From the IMG/VR virus record IMGVR_UViG_3300025450_000020, positions 18,186-82,185 of that record: a stretch of DNA of 64,000 nucleotides; one strand, written 5' to 3'. The position numbers were made by a program, and so were the translations under genes. The notes below the pieces were generated by a model, which did not search any database, was not told the DNA's origin, and saw nothing but the letters and a program-made list of their open reading frames with translations. Every line of letters starts with the position of its first letter. The first letter of the stretch is position 1. Source of the stretch: a virus. Shown here piece after piece: positions 18,533 through 28,900 of the stretch.

Positions 18533-19963
18533 ATGGACATTCAAAAAACTTATTGGCAAAACAGCGAATCTTCAACAGCCTTGCATTTTCCTATTACCAA
18601 GGTTGACAAGGAGAAGCGTCTTGTATCAGGATTTGCGTCACTAGATAACGTTGACCGCCACGGAGATATTGTAACGGCGGATGCAAATAAGAAAGCCTTT
18701 GAAAGATTCAGAGGAAATATCCGTGAGATGCACGGGCCAACAGCAGTTGGTAAGATGGTTAAGTTTAAGCATGACACATTTTTTGATCCAGAGACTCAGA
18801 AGAAGTACAACGGCGTATATGTAACTGCCTATATTTCAAAGGGTGCACAGGATGCATGGGAGAAGTGCCTAGATGGTACTTATTCAGGTTTTTCTATTGG
18901 TGGAAACATCAATGATGCAAAGATGGAAAAAGTTGACGGGGAGAACGAAACTCGTCGTGTTATCCATGATTATGATTTGCACGAATTGTCATTAGTTGAT
19001 TCACCAGCAAACCAGCTTGCAAACTTTTTTTCTATTGAAAAGAATGTAGATGGAAGCACATTTGTTAAAGGAATGGTTGCAGACATCACACTAGAAAATG
19101 TATTCTGGTGCAAGCAAGATGAAGTTGCATCAACATCAGAAGCTATGTCAAAGGATTGCGTTGTATGTGATGCACCTATGACAAATATTGGTTGGGTTGA
19201 GCAAAAGGATTCAGAGAAGTTTGAAGCAATTGAAAAGGTAATTGATTCTTATTTCAAGAAAGATGATGCACCAACATCCGCACACGAAGCTGGCGAGACA
19301 GCTGCACCAGGTTTGGCAGGTAATGTCATTGATAGCAACGCTACCATTAATCTTTATCCTGATCAAAATAGCAAGAAAAAAGTCACGTTTGAAGACGGAC
19401 TTAAAAAGAGTGAAGAGATTTCGCTCAACGAAGGAGGTAACAAAATGACAGAAAATACAGATGCAACAATTGAGAAGTCAATTGATGTTGAGACTCCTGC
19501 CGAAGAAGTTTCATCTGTTTCGGAGATTGCAGATACTACAGTTGAAAAGGCTGCAGAGATTTCTGAAGTTGAAGATACACTTGATTTTGAGAAGATGGTT
19601 TCAGACCTTAAAGCCTTCTTTGGTGAGTCACTAGAAAAGTCCAACACTAACTATGCTACACACGCAGCAACAGTAGCGGACATGTATAACATTGTTAACG
19701 AGACCAGAGCTGAAATGGCTCGTTTGTCCAAGGCATATGAGGATATCCAGAAGGCAAATGAAGATCTCGCTACAAAGTACGAAACCTTGAGTAAGTCAGT
19801 AACAGATATGTTCGGAAAGATTGAGTATGTTGATCATCAACTCAAGAATTTTGAATCTGCTACTGCAGTTCAGAAGTCCATTGGGGTAGAAGCTCCAATG
19901 GGTCAAACAAAACCAAAACAAAGTATATGGCAAGGTGCTTTCCTCAGTGCTTCTAGCATATAA
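18533..19963 (+). CDS. Prohead maturation protease fused to acidic coiled-coil scaffold
   Basis: VSGFAS...DRHGDIV, IREMH, YSGFSIGG, LHELSLVDSPAN (HK97-type protease); C-terminal acidic coiled coil. Confidence 0.85.
   Translation: MDIQKTYWQNSESSTALHFPITKVDKEKRLVSGFASLDNVDRHGDIVTADANKKAFERFRGNIREMHGPTAVGKMVKFKHDTFFDPETQKKYNGVYVTAYISKGAQDAWEKCLDGTYSGFSIGGNINDAKMEKVDGENETRRVIHDYDLHELSLVDSPANQLANFFSIEKNVDGSTFVKGMVADITLENVFWCKQDEVASTSEAMSKDCVVCDAPMTNIGWVEQKDSEKFEAIEKVIDSYFKKDDAPTSAHEAGETAAPGLAGNVIDSNATINLYPDQNSKKKVTFEDGLKKSEEISLNEGGNKMTENTDATIEKSIDVETPAEEVSSVSEIADTTVEKAAEISEVEDTLDFEKMVSDLKAFFGESLEKSNTNYATHAATVADMYNIVNETRAEMARLSKAYEDIQKANEDLATKYETLSKSVTDMFGKIEYVDHQLKNFESATAVQKSIGVEAPMGQTKPKQSIWQGAFLSASSI
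19445..19963 (+). CDS. Putative scaffolding protein from in-frame internal start
   Basis: AAGGAGGT SD immediately before in-frame ATG 19445. Confidence 0.55.
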   Translation: MTENTDATIEKSIDVETPAEEVSSVSEIADTTVEKAAEISEVEDTLDFEKMVSDLKAFFGESLEKSNTNYATHAATVADMYNIVNETRAEMARLSKAYEDIQKANEDLATKYETLSKSVTDMFGKIEYVDHQLKNFESATAVQKSIGVEAPMGQTKPKQSIWQGAFLSASSI

Positions 19964-19997
19964 AAAAATACAGAAAAAATAAGGTGGTGAAATAAAA

Positions 19998-21140
19998 ATG
20001 AGTAATGAACTTCTACAAAAAGTAATTGATACTACGGACCTCGGTTCTTCAGCAGTCAATGCATCTACAGACTCTGCTACCCTTTCAGGTAACGGTCTCC
20101 TATATCCAGATCAAGCTAACCGCTTCTTGGATTACATGTGGGATGCAACAATCTTGGCTAAGACAGCCCGTACAATCCGTATGCGTTCAAACACAACCGA
20201 GATTGATCGTGTTGCTGTTGGACAACGTATCATGACCGTCGCACAGGAAGATAACCCACGTAACTTCGTGGCAAGTGGTGATAGCTATACAAACGCTAAT
20301 ACTACTACTTTCTCTGCACAAAATGCTACATTTAACAAGGTATCTCTTACAACACGCAAGCTCCGTCTTGACTGGGAACTTTCAGCAGAGTCTCTTGAAG
20401 ACAATATTGAAGGTCCAGATCTAGAGGATCACATTGCACGTCTTATGGCTACCCAGGCTGGTAACGATATTGAGGATACCCTTATTAACGGTACTGGAAC
20501 TGGTTCAGGTTTGATGTCAGCATTCGCAGGCTTCCGTACATTGGCACTTAACAACGCACACGTTGTTGACGCTGCTGGTTATGGACTTGACAAGACCGTA
20601 TTCAACCAAGCTATCAAGACCCTTCCACGTAAGTACAAGCAACGCAGAAACCAACTTCGCTTCTTCACAGGATCAAACTTGGTTCAGGATTACCTATTCA
20701 ACCTAACAGCTAACGCTGGTAACGGCAACCCATTTGATATCGCTTCAGGTATCATCCGTGGAGATGTCGCTGCTAACGATGGCGGTCCAGGTTCAGTAAC
20801 TCCTTTTGCGTTTGGAATTCCAGTTATCAACGTTCCGTTGATCAGCGAAACCCAGACTTACAATGGATCAGCTAACACAGGTGATGTTCACTTGACATTC
20901 CCGCAAAACTTCATTATTGGTATCAAGCGTGACGTAACCGTCTATCGTTTGTTCCAGCCAAAGAAGGACACAATTGAATATACACTATTCATTCGTGTTG
21001 GTTGCGTAATGGAAAACTACGATGCACACGTCATCGTTAAGAACATTGCAGTAGCAGGCTCAGTAATGTCTACCCCATCATTTGGATCAGCATACAATGG
21101 TTCAAACGTTACAGGTGGATTGAACGGCGAGACATTCTAA
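19998..21140 (+). CDS. Major capsid protein (HK97 fold)
   Basis: GLLYPDQANRF, ELSAESLEDNIEG, IGIKRDVTV; follows the protease; strongly biased codon usage. Confidence 0.92.
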   Translation: MSNELLQKVIDTTDLGSSAVNASTDSATLSGNGLLYPDQANRFLDYMWDATILAKTARTIRMRSNTTEIDRVAVGQRIMTVAQEDNPRNFVASGDSYTNANTTTFSAQNATFNKVSLTTRKLRLDWELSAESLEDNIEGPDLEDHIARLMATQAGNDIEDTLINGTGTGSGLMSAFAGFRTLALNNAHVVDAAGYGLDKTVFNQAIKTLPRKYKQRRNQLRFFTGSNLVQDYLFNLTANAGNGNPFDIASGIIRGDVAANDGGPGSVTPFAFGIPVINVPLISETQTYNGSANTGDVHLTFPQNFIIGIKRDVTVYRLFQPKKDTIEYTLFIRVGCVMENYDAHVIVKNIAVAGSVMSTPSFGSAYNGSNVTGGLNGETF

Positions 21141-21154
21141 TTTTAATTAGATGC

Positions 21155-21193
21155 AAGGCGGGGAGTTACTTCGGTAGCTCCCTTAGCCATTTA
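21155..21193 (+). terminator. Hairpin/terminator after capsid gene
   Basis: GGGAGTTAC-TTCG-GTAGCTCCC stem with cUUCGg tetraloop. Confidence 0.65.
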
Positions 21194-21226
21194 ATGCTAT
21201 AATAAACAATGACGAGAGGAAGTCAA

Positions 21227-21628
21227 ATGTCATTTACAGATTTAAAAATTACAGAACTAAGAAAAGTCGCAGATTCTTTTGCTATTGATGCATCAGAATT
21301 AAAGACAAAACAAGAAATCATTGCAGCCCTTGAAGAAGAGGGCATCAGCTATCAAATGTATGCTAAGTTTGATAATGCTGAAAAGCAAGATATTGAAGTA
21401 CCAGAGTTTGAAAAGCAGAAGAGAGAAAAGAAGATCATGTCAAAGACAGCAAATCAAGTGCTTGTAAAGATGGAAAGAAATAACCATTCATATCAAGTTG
21501 GCGTTTTCCAGTTTACACAAGAGCATCCATTTTTGGCTATGTCAGAAGCAGACGCTCAAAAGATTTTTGATACAGAGCAGGGTTTCCGTCTTGCGACTCC
21601 TCGTGAGGCTCAAGAGTACTACGCTTAA
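21227..21628 (+). CDS. Rho N-terminal/HeH-like domain protein
   Basis: LKITELRKVADSFAID...KTKQEIIAAL; SD GAGAGGA; own TGCTATAAT promoter at 21195. Confidence 0.6.
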   Translation: MSFTDLKITELRKVADSFAIDASELKTKQEIIAALEEEGISYQMYAKFDNAEKQDIEVPEFEKQKREKKIMSKTANQVLVKMERNNHSYQVGVFQFTQEHPFLAMSEADAQKIFDTEQGFRLATPREAQEYYA

Positions 21629-21651
21629 AAATTAAATAGGGGGTGTTCTGA

Positions 21652-22623
21652 TTGCAAACAATCAACACAAACAGCCAGGAAAAGATTTACCTAGAGGTAT
21701 ATAGTAATGGAGTATTATCGCAGGCAGATTCACTGCCAACATTGTCAATATACAATGCGGACAGCGATATTTACAATCCTGGAGGTACAATCAGTCAGAC
21801 ACCCCTCTATACCAATTTAAATGCTTACGATGAGCCCGCAACTGGAGTTTATTCATATCAACTAACACCAAACATTACAAGTGTAAATATGGTGCTTGAA
21901 GTAGTTTGGTCTTATACCCAAGGCGGGGTAGCGGTGAAGACAACAGATTACTATAGTATTGAAACTCCATATGCTTCAATACCAGAAACAATGGATTTTC
22001 TAGGATACACGGGAGACTCTTCTAAGCCTAACTATATTGATCCGAACACAATTATTAAGACCGAAAAAATGGCAAGAACCATTATTGAAGGTTATGCGGG
22101 AATTAAATTTTATAAGTATTATGGTTTTCAAGAAATTTACGGAATTGGTGCAAATACAATTCAGCTAACAGAGAAGATGCTCTCGTTGGATCAGATTTGG
22201 GAAAATCAAATTTTAGTATTTGATGGAACAACCAGTCCAGTCTATAATACTTTTGGATATAACACAGAGATTAGCCCTACTGGTTATCAGCTTCGCATTT
22301 GGTACCCAGCCTGGCCAGACGGCTGGAACAACGAAATGGATCCAACCATTTACGAATCGGGTCGTTTTAGAGATACCTACCTATATCGTTTTGTTGGAGA
22401 AATTGGTTACAATTATGTTCCAGAAGATATTAAGCTTGCTTCAATGCTTTTGCAACAGGATATTATGTCAAACGACTACAACTGGAGGAACAAGTATTTG
22501 TCACAAGTTAACTTGAGTGAAATTTCATTCAAGATGGCAGGCGGGGCATTTAATGGTACAGGCAATGTTATGGTTGATAACATCCTAGATCAATACCGCA
22601 AGGCAAATATTGTAATTATCTAA
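21652..22623 (+). CDS. Head-to-tail adaptor
   Basis: TPYASI, ARTIIEGY, GYNYVPEDIKLAS, VDNILDQY; position after capsid. Confidence 0.7.
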   Translation: MQTINTNSQEKIYLEVYSNGVLSQADSLPTLSIYNADSDIYNPGGTISQTPLYTNLNAYDEPATGVYSYQLTPNITSVNMVLEVVWSYTQGGVAVKTTDYYSIETPYASIPETMDFLGYTGDSSKPNYIDPNTIIKTEKMARTIIEGYAGIKFYKYYGFQEIYGIGANTIQLTEKMLSLDQIWENQILVFDGTTSPVYNTFGYNTEISPTGYQLRIWYPAWPDGWNNEMDPTIYESGRFRDTYLYRFVGEIGYNYVPEDIKLASMLLQQDIMSNDYNWRNKYLSQVNLSEISFKMAGGAFNGTGNVMVDNILDQYRKANIVII

Positions 22624-23075
22624 TGTTAAATAACCTAGTCTCATTTGCAGGATCAATCATGAATATGAACGCAGATGTTTATATTCAAGAAAATACTCAG
22701 GATGCCAATACTGGAGAGATTACCCGTCAATGGGTATATTCTCAAACTATTCAGTGTCGTATTGAGCCTGTTAAATCACGTGGTGCTTCTACAAGAACAG
22801 ACAATAAGACGTTCGGAACAACTGGAGACGAGTTATATAACGAAAAATTTCAATTAAAGATGTACGGAACCTCCTTGCTTAGTAAGCGTTGGCGTATTCA
22901 AAATATCAGAACAAATAAAGGTAAGTCAGTATTTGTTGAAATTGATAGAACAGGAACACCAGATACAATTTTTGAAGTAATGTCTTCACATGCGGTTGTT
23001 GATCCTTTTGGATCAATTTCCTATTATGTGTCAGTACTTCTAAGGACTGAGCTACAAGATGACTCTGAAGCTTGA
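22623..23075 (+). CDS. Head-to-tail stopper
   Basis: Size, synteny, QDANTGEITRQW pattern. Confidence 0.55.
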   Translation: MLNNLVSFAGSIMNMNADVYIQENTQDANTGEITRQWVYSQTIQCRIEPVKSRGASTRTDNKTFGTTGDELYNEKFQLKMYGTSLLSKRWRIQNIRTNKGKSVFVEIDRTGTPDTIFEVMSSHAVVDPFGSISYYVSVLLRTELQDDSEA

Positions 23076-23778
23076 GATTGACACAAAACAACTAGTTCAA
23101 GGCTTGGATGATTTAGTTATAGGAATTGATCAACTTGTAAAGCCAAAAGCACTTGAGCAAATATCAAGAGCCGTATTCTCCATAACAGGAGAAAGATTTA
23201 TGGTTGATATTGATAACTACTCAAGAGCTAATCCTAAAAAAATGCACCACGTTTATGAGTGGGGTCAAATAGGAGAAAAAACAGCAAGGCTATTTGTTTT
23301 AGAAAGAACCTCTGTTCTTGATGGAAGTCTTTTAATAACAACAAATTTTTTGCAATCAAAAATGCCAGTTCCAATAAGCCCAGAGCTTTTAAGACCAGGT
23401 AAGACTGGCAAGGTTGTAACTGCAAGAAATATTTTTGCTAATAAAGCACAAGTTATGGAGCAAGGAAATCCAGTGTCTTTTCAAGCAAAAAGAATACTTG
23501 CCATGACTTCTGGAAACGGCATCGCTTTCGTAGCACCTGGCACACAGATTAATATTCTTCACCCAGGAGGAATTCAGACAAGAAATGCTTTTGCTGAGTA
23601 TTTGCTTGAATGGTACAGCAAAAATGGTAATGTAATTATGGAATCATCTGGGGTGTATGAGAGAATAGCTAGTGACGTTGCAAAAGTTTTAAGCACTAAG
23701 GGTGGAAATGCGACGGGAGTACAAAAAGCAGTTACTTTAATTGCTGATGCAGTAGATACAGGGAGTGTAATAAGATGA
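23059..23778 (+). CDS. Neck/tail completion protein
   Basis: Synteny; HHVYEWG and FANKAQVMEQG motifs. Confidence 0.5.
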   Translation: MTLKLEIDTKQLVQGLDDLVIGIDQLVKPKALEQISRAVFSITGERFMVDIDNYSRANPKKMHHVYEWGQIGEKTARLFVLERTSVLDGSLLITTNFLQSKMPVPISPELLRPGKTGKVVTARNIFANKAQVMEQGNPVSFQAKRILAMTSGNGIAFVAPGTQINILHPGGIQTRNAFAEYLLEWYSKNGNVIMESSGVYERIASDVAKVLSTKGGNATGVQKAVTLIADAVDTGSVIR

Positions 23779-24314
23779 CGGTAGATTATTCAAGAGTGGC
23801 AGCCACAGATGTCAGAAATGCTATTTGGGCTCAGTTGCAAAGCTATGGCATACTTCATGCTAATGACTATATTCCACAAGGCTCTAATGGCCTTACAACC
23901 GCTCTTTGCCCTATTATTCCATCACAGCAGGTGCCAGAATTTAACAATTTGCTGCCAGGTAAAACCTATATAACCTATGACATTATTCAAAAAAATTACG
24001 GGGTTCAATGGTGGCTTTCACAAGAAACTATGGTTCTCCAGATTATTTCAAGAAGCAATGCTCAGATCCTGACCATATCAAACTTCCTGACAGACTTTGT
24101 CAGACGCTATGAGTATTCAGCTGCTGATATAAATGACGTGGCTCATACAGCAAATAGCCCATTTAAGTTCTTATATTGCAGACTAGAGGCAGCCAACCCA
24201 ATCCAGCCATTCCAAGATGAAGGCGGGTTCATGAGTGGTGACTTCTCATTCATGTATACCTATACCCGTTCGGTAGATGAGGGTACAAACTCCAATACTG
24301 GAAGATATATCTAA
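23775..24314 (+). CDS. Tail terminator
   Basis: Synteny directly before the tail tube; YITYD...LQIISR pattern. Confidence 0.55.
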   Translation: MTVDYSRVAATDVRNAIWAQLQSYGILHANDYIPQGSNGLTTALCPIIPSQQVPEFNNLLPGKTYITYDIIQKNYGVQWWLSQETMVLQIISRSNAQILTISNFLTDFVRRYEYSAADINDVAHTANSPFKFLYCRLEAANPIQPFQDEGGFMSGDFSFMYTYTRSVDEGTNSNTGRYI

Positions 24315-24416
24315 AGTTTGAATTATTTCCAACAAATGCTATGATTTTCTATGAGGAAGCAAGTTGTCGTCTTTTTTGTTTTAAATTTAAAATAAATAAG
24401 GTGGTGAAATAAATAA

Positions 24417-25226
24417 ATGGCTCTAAACACTAAAAATGTAATCGTAGGTGCAGCAGCACTTTTTACTAGCGTTGGAAACAACACTAATACTTTTGGTCGT
24501 CCAGCAACAGACTCTACAACTCTTGGTACTTTGTTCCCAGCTGGTGTTCCAGCTCGTCAAGGTCTCCTTGCATCTAATGGAGCATCTAACGGTGGATACC
24601 GTGAAGTAGGATTTACAAACACAGGACTTGAGATTTCATACGAACCAGTATATGGTGAGATTATGGTTGATCAACTTTTGGACGCAGCTCGTATCTTTAA
24701 GCAAACTCTCAAGGTTTTGCTAAAGACCGAACTTACAGAAGCAACTCTTGAGAACCTTACATTCTCATGGGGACAAATGGACTCTTACTATGTTGCAAAT
24801 ACTGCAAGCACAGTAACAGCAGTCCCATCATTGGTTAACAATGATACAGCTTTGGGTAACTCAGACTCTCCAGCAGCAACATTGAACTTGGCTGCAGGTG
24901 CTCTTGGTGATACACCAGTAGAGCGTGTACTTATTGCAGTTGGACAAGCTCCAGCTCAGATTGGTACATCTCAGTCATACGCAGATCCAAGCGGTGCATC
25001 AGGATCAACAGTAATCGGCGCAGGTGCAAATACAAACGCACTTCGTAGCCGTGAGCGTGTCTATGTGGCACGTCGTGTTGTTTCAATTGATACAACAATG
25101 CATGCTTTGAAGCGTGATGCAGCAACAGTATTCCCAGTGAATTTCCGTTGCTTGCCTGATACTTCATATGCTTATGCAGGATCAGAATACGGTGTAGTTA
25201 TTGACCGTGTATACGGAACTAACTAA
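24417..25226 (+). CDS. Major tail tube protein
   Basis: NVIVGAA, VGFTNTGLEISYEP..EIMVDQ, TELTEATLENL, VFPVNFRCL. Confidence 0.85.
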   Translation: MALNTKNVIVGAAALFTSVGNNTNTFGRPATDSTTLGTLFPAGVPARQGLLASNGASNGGYREVGFTNTGLEISYEPVYGEIMVDQLLDAARIFKQTLKVLLKTELTEATLENLTFSWGQMDSYYVANTASTVTAVPSLVNNDTALGNSDSPAATLNLAAGALGDTPVERVLIAVGQAPAQIGTSQSYADPSGASGSTVIGAGANTNALRSRERVYVARRVVSIDTTMHALKRDAATVFPVNFRCLPDTSYAYAGSEYGVVIDRVYGTN

Positions 25227-25249
25227 GCTGTAAACTACAACTTAATATA

Positions 25250-25290
25250 GAATTTCAGGCCCCGTCAGAAATGGCGGGGTTCTGAATTTG
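25250..25290 (+). terminator. Terminator after tail tube gene
   Basis: AATTTCAGGCCCCGTCA / TGGCGGGGTTCTGAATT stem. Confidence 0.65.
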
Positions 25291-25339
25291 TCTTGACTAA
25301 TTATATTGGTATAATTTAACTAAACAAAGGAGCTATAAA

Positions 25340-25678
25340 TTGGCAACAACCGTATATGATATAGTAGAAATTGAATTAAGTGATGGAACATCCATTACTC
25401 TCAAGCCGCTGCCTATTAAGCAGTTGAAGAAGTTCATGGATATTATTAACGCCATGCAAAAGGATGAGAATCAATCAGAAACCGCCGCAATGGATATATT
25501 TGCGGATGCAGCAATGATTTGTTTAAATGCTTTGGGTAGAACAGATCTCGGAACAAACAAAGATAAGTTTGAAGAGACAATTGAAGTTCCTACTATGATG
25601 AAGATTTTGGAAGTCGCAGGAGGTCTAAAGCTTACAGACCCAAACCTTCTGGGAGCGGCTCTAGTTGGGACGAACTAG
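25340..25678 (+). CDS. Tail assembly chaperone (G)
   Basis: TTG start after AAGGAG; lies between tail tube and tape measure. Confidence 0.8.
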   Translation: MATTVYDIVEIELSDGTSITLKPLPIKQLKKFMDIINAMQKDENQSETAAMDIFADAAMICLNALGRTDLGTNKDKFEETIEVPTMMKILEVAGGLKLTDPNLLGAALVGTN

Positions 25679-25956
25679 ATCTACGCTCCTTAGAGTCTGA
25701 AGTTTTCTTACTCGGTCATTGGAAAAACTTTGACGAGTTAGAAGAAAGTCTTTCTATCAATGAATTAGATGCAATTCTAAATTCAATGAGAGAGAAAGAA
25801 CATCGTGAAATGAAGTTTATGGCTTCATTGCAGGGTGTGGACCTTGACGAAGCTTCCAAGGAACCAGAAGATGTTACTGCACTTAAAAATGCAAGAATTG
25901 CTTCTGACGAAGGTTTCGGAATTGGTGAAGGACTTGGATTCATGTCGCAGGAATGA
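25639..25956 (+). CDS. Tail assembly chaperone -1 frameshift extension (GT)
   Basis: Slippery C CCA AAC at 25639-25645; -1 frame open to TGA 25954-25956 (SSWDELDLRSLESEVFLLGHWKNFDELEE...). Confidence 0.8.
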   Translation, partial: PKPSGSGSSWDELDLRSLESEVFLLGHWKNFDELEESLSINELDAILNSMREKEHREMKFMASLQGVDLDEASKEPEDVTALKNARIASDEGFGIGEGLGFMSQE

Positions 25957-25972
25957 TGGGGGTGTAAACTAA

Positions 25973-28900
25973 TTGGCTAATATAGAACTTAATATTGTTG
26001 CGTTAGGTGACTTCTCCTCAGTTAACGCACAAATTAAAGCTCTTCAAGCCCAAGTCGCATTGCTCCAACAGGGCATGGCGGGTGTTGGTGTAAACTCAAC
26101 CCTTGCAAAAGATTTAAATAATATAGCCAATTCCTTTAAGCAGACAATGCTTTCAACTGGTCAATTTACTGCATCTACAGTTAAGATGGCCACTGAAACA
26201 GAAAAGTTTGGTCAAGCACTTCAAAAGGGTAGCTTAGGAATTGGTAACTATTTTAATATACTTACCAATAGAGCTTCTTCTGCAACGAGTAGTGTCAAAG
26301 CTTTAGCTGTAGAACAAACAAAGCTTCAAAATTCTGTCATTATGTCAGACCCTACAAAACAGGGCTTTTATTCAGTATTTACTCCTACCACTATAAATGC
26401 AGTGGCGAATGCAACAAAGATTGCTGCAAATGAACAAAATATTTACAATATCGCAGTTGAAAAAGGATCACAAGCTTTAATCAACTGGGGTAAGAATACA
26501 CAATGGGCGGGACGTCAGCTAACAGTTGGTATGTCTATGCCATTAATCCTATTTGGACAACAGGCTATAGCATCTTTTGATAGTGTAAACAAGGCCATTA
26601 CACAGCTTCAAAAAGTTTATGGAGAAGGATTGACTCCTCCAAGCCAAAATTCAATTAATCAAATTTCTCAACAGGTTTTGGACCTTGGAAGAAATATGGC
26701 TTCTACCCTAGGAATTACCCAAGAATTTACTGTTCAAGTAGCATCATCATTTGCTGCTATGGGTAAAATGGGGACAGATTTAACCACTGCTACCGAGCAA
26801 ACTGTAAGATTAGCAAAACTTGGCAACCTTGATCAACAGACAGCTACAAGTGCTGTTATTGCTCTTCAAAATGTTTATAAGCTAAATACAACCCAGTTGT
26901 CAGATGCAGTTAATTACTTTGGTGCAATTCAGAAGCAAACATCCCTTTCTATGAATGACCTTGTTTCTGCAGAAAGTAGAGTCGGACCAATTATTGATCA
27001 GCTTGGCGGAAGTTATAAAGATACTTCTGTTATGTTGCTTGCTATGAAAGAAGCAGGTGTTCCAGCAGCACAAGCTGCAAACGCATTAAAGTCAGCATTT
27101 GGCTCTATCATCGCTCCAACCGCTGCTGCAAATAAGGAATTCCAGTCGTTTGGTATTAATCTGGATTCAATTAAAAATGCTGGCGGACCAGTTCAAATGA
27201 TTCAGGCTTTGCAAGCAAGCCTTCAAAATTTGTCTCCACTTGTTAGAGAACAGCTTATTGAAAAGCTATTTGGAAAATATCAGTTTGCAAGAATCTCAGC
27301 CCTTATTGAAAACTTTGGAAAAGTAGGAAGCCAGACTGCAAATGCTATTAAGGTTGCAAATGCTTCAAGCCAACAGATACAAAATCTTGCAAATCAAGAG
27401 CTTACACAAGCTACATCAACTCCATCTGCACAGTGGACAAAAGCTATGGCTACTATTAAAGCAGATTTGTATCCTGTAGGACAAAAACTTCTTGAATTTG
27501 GAACTAAGATTCTTCAATTTGGCAATGGTATCGCAAAATTATTCCAGGGACTACCTGGTCCAGTTAAAGCTGTTATGGGAGCACTTGCAATAGGTGTGGC
27601 TTTATCAGGACCAATAATTATGTTAACTGGTTTGTTTGCAAACTTTGTTGGATATGTAATTAAAGGAATATTTAATTTAAAGCAACTTGCCACGGGCGGC
27701 AAGACCTTAGGACAACTATTAACTCCAGAAATGATTGCAGCCCAAAACGCTAGTAAATTGTTTGGTGATGGAATAGCTTCAGATGTAGAAGAAATTGATT
27801 TGTTAAATACTGCTATTAAGCAATTGACGGTAAGTATGCAAGAGCTTATAGCAAGCATGAACCAAGGCGCAGGAATTTCAACTCTTACAGAAGCAGTAAC
27901 AGCTCTTGATTCAGTTGCCACGGCCGAGGCGGGTATACCAGAAGCCATTAGAAACATTCCTTTCAAGGCACCAGGTATGGCTACAGGAGGATATGTTCCA
28001 GGATCAGGAAATTCAGATACATTCCCAGCAATGCTTACTCCAGGTGAAGCGGTAATTCCAAAGGATAAGGCTAGAAAGTATGGACCATTTATCAGTGCAA
28101 TGATTGATGGTAATTTGCCAGGGTACGCTGTCGGAACACAATCAACATTCGGAGAAGCAACATTTGTTAAGCCAGGTTCAACAAGTGCTCCTTCAGAAAT
28201 TGCGGGACTTGCAAACTATATAATAGGTCCACAGCTTGAAGCAATAAGAGCAATAATAGAAAAATTAAATCTTACATTAAATCCAAAGCAAATTAATGAT
28301 ATGTTAACTGCAGACGCAGCACACATAAATCATGCAACAACACCAGAGGGCTACAAGGCTTGGCAACTAAGCAATTTGACAGGTGCAACAGGAGCAGAGA
28401 ATAAAGCTTTGGAATACATGTCTGGCGAGGGTGAAGCAAGAAAAAACATTAGACCACAATGGCAAGCTTCAACAGACAAAGTAATGGAAGCAATGCTTGA
28501 GGGAGTTAATGATCCAGCAGTAAGAGAGCAAATTAAAGCAACAGCAGCAAGAGTAAGAGTAGGCTCTCAACCTATTGATAGGTTTGAAGGCGAATTTATG
28601 AACGCCGTTTTGGCGGACATGATGGAAAAAGTAAAAAGTGGTCAAATTAAAGCATCTTCAGCTACAACCAATTATTTGCCCGTTGCAAAAGCAATTTCAG
28701 ATGCAAGACTAAATGGAGATTTGCCAAGTTATGAGTCTTTAACTTATAAGGCAAATGAACCAGGAATCTTAGCTGCAATGACAAAGAGCGGAAAAGATGC
28801 AGAAATGGCTGCACGTGAAGCTGCAGCACAATATATTGCCGCATTAAAAGCAGGAATTCAAGCAGGTACAGTAACTGTTGAAGAAGCAGTTGCAGATCTT

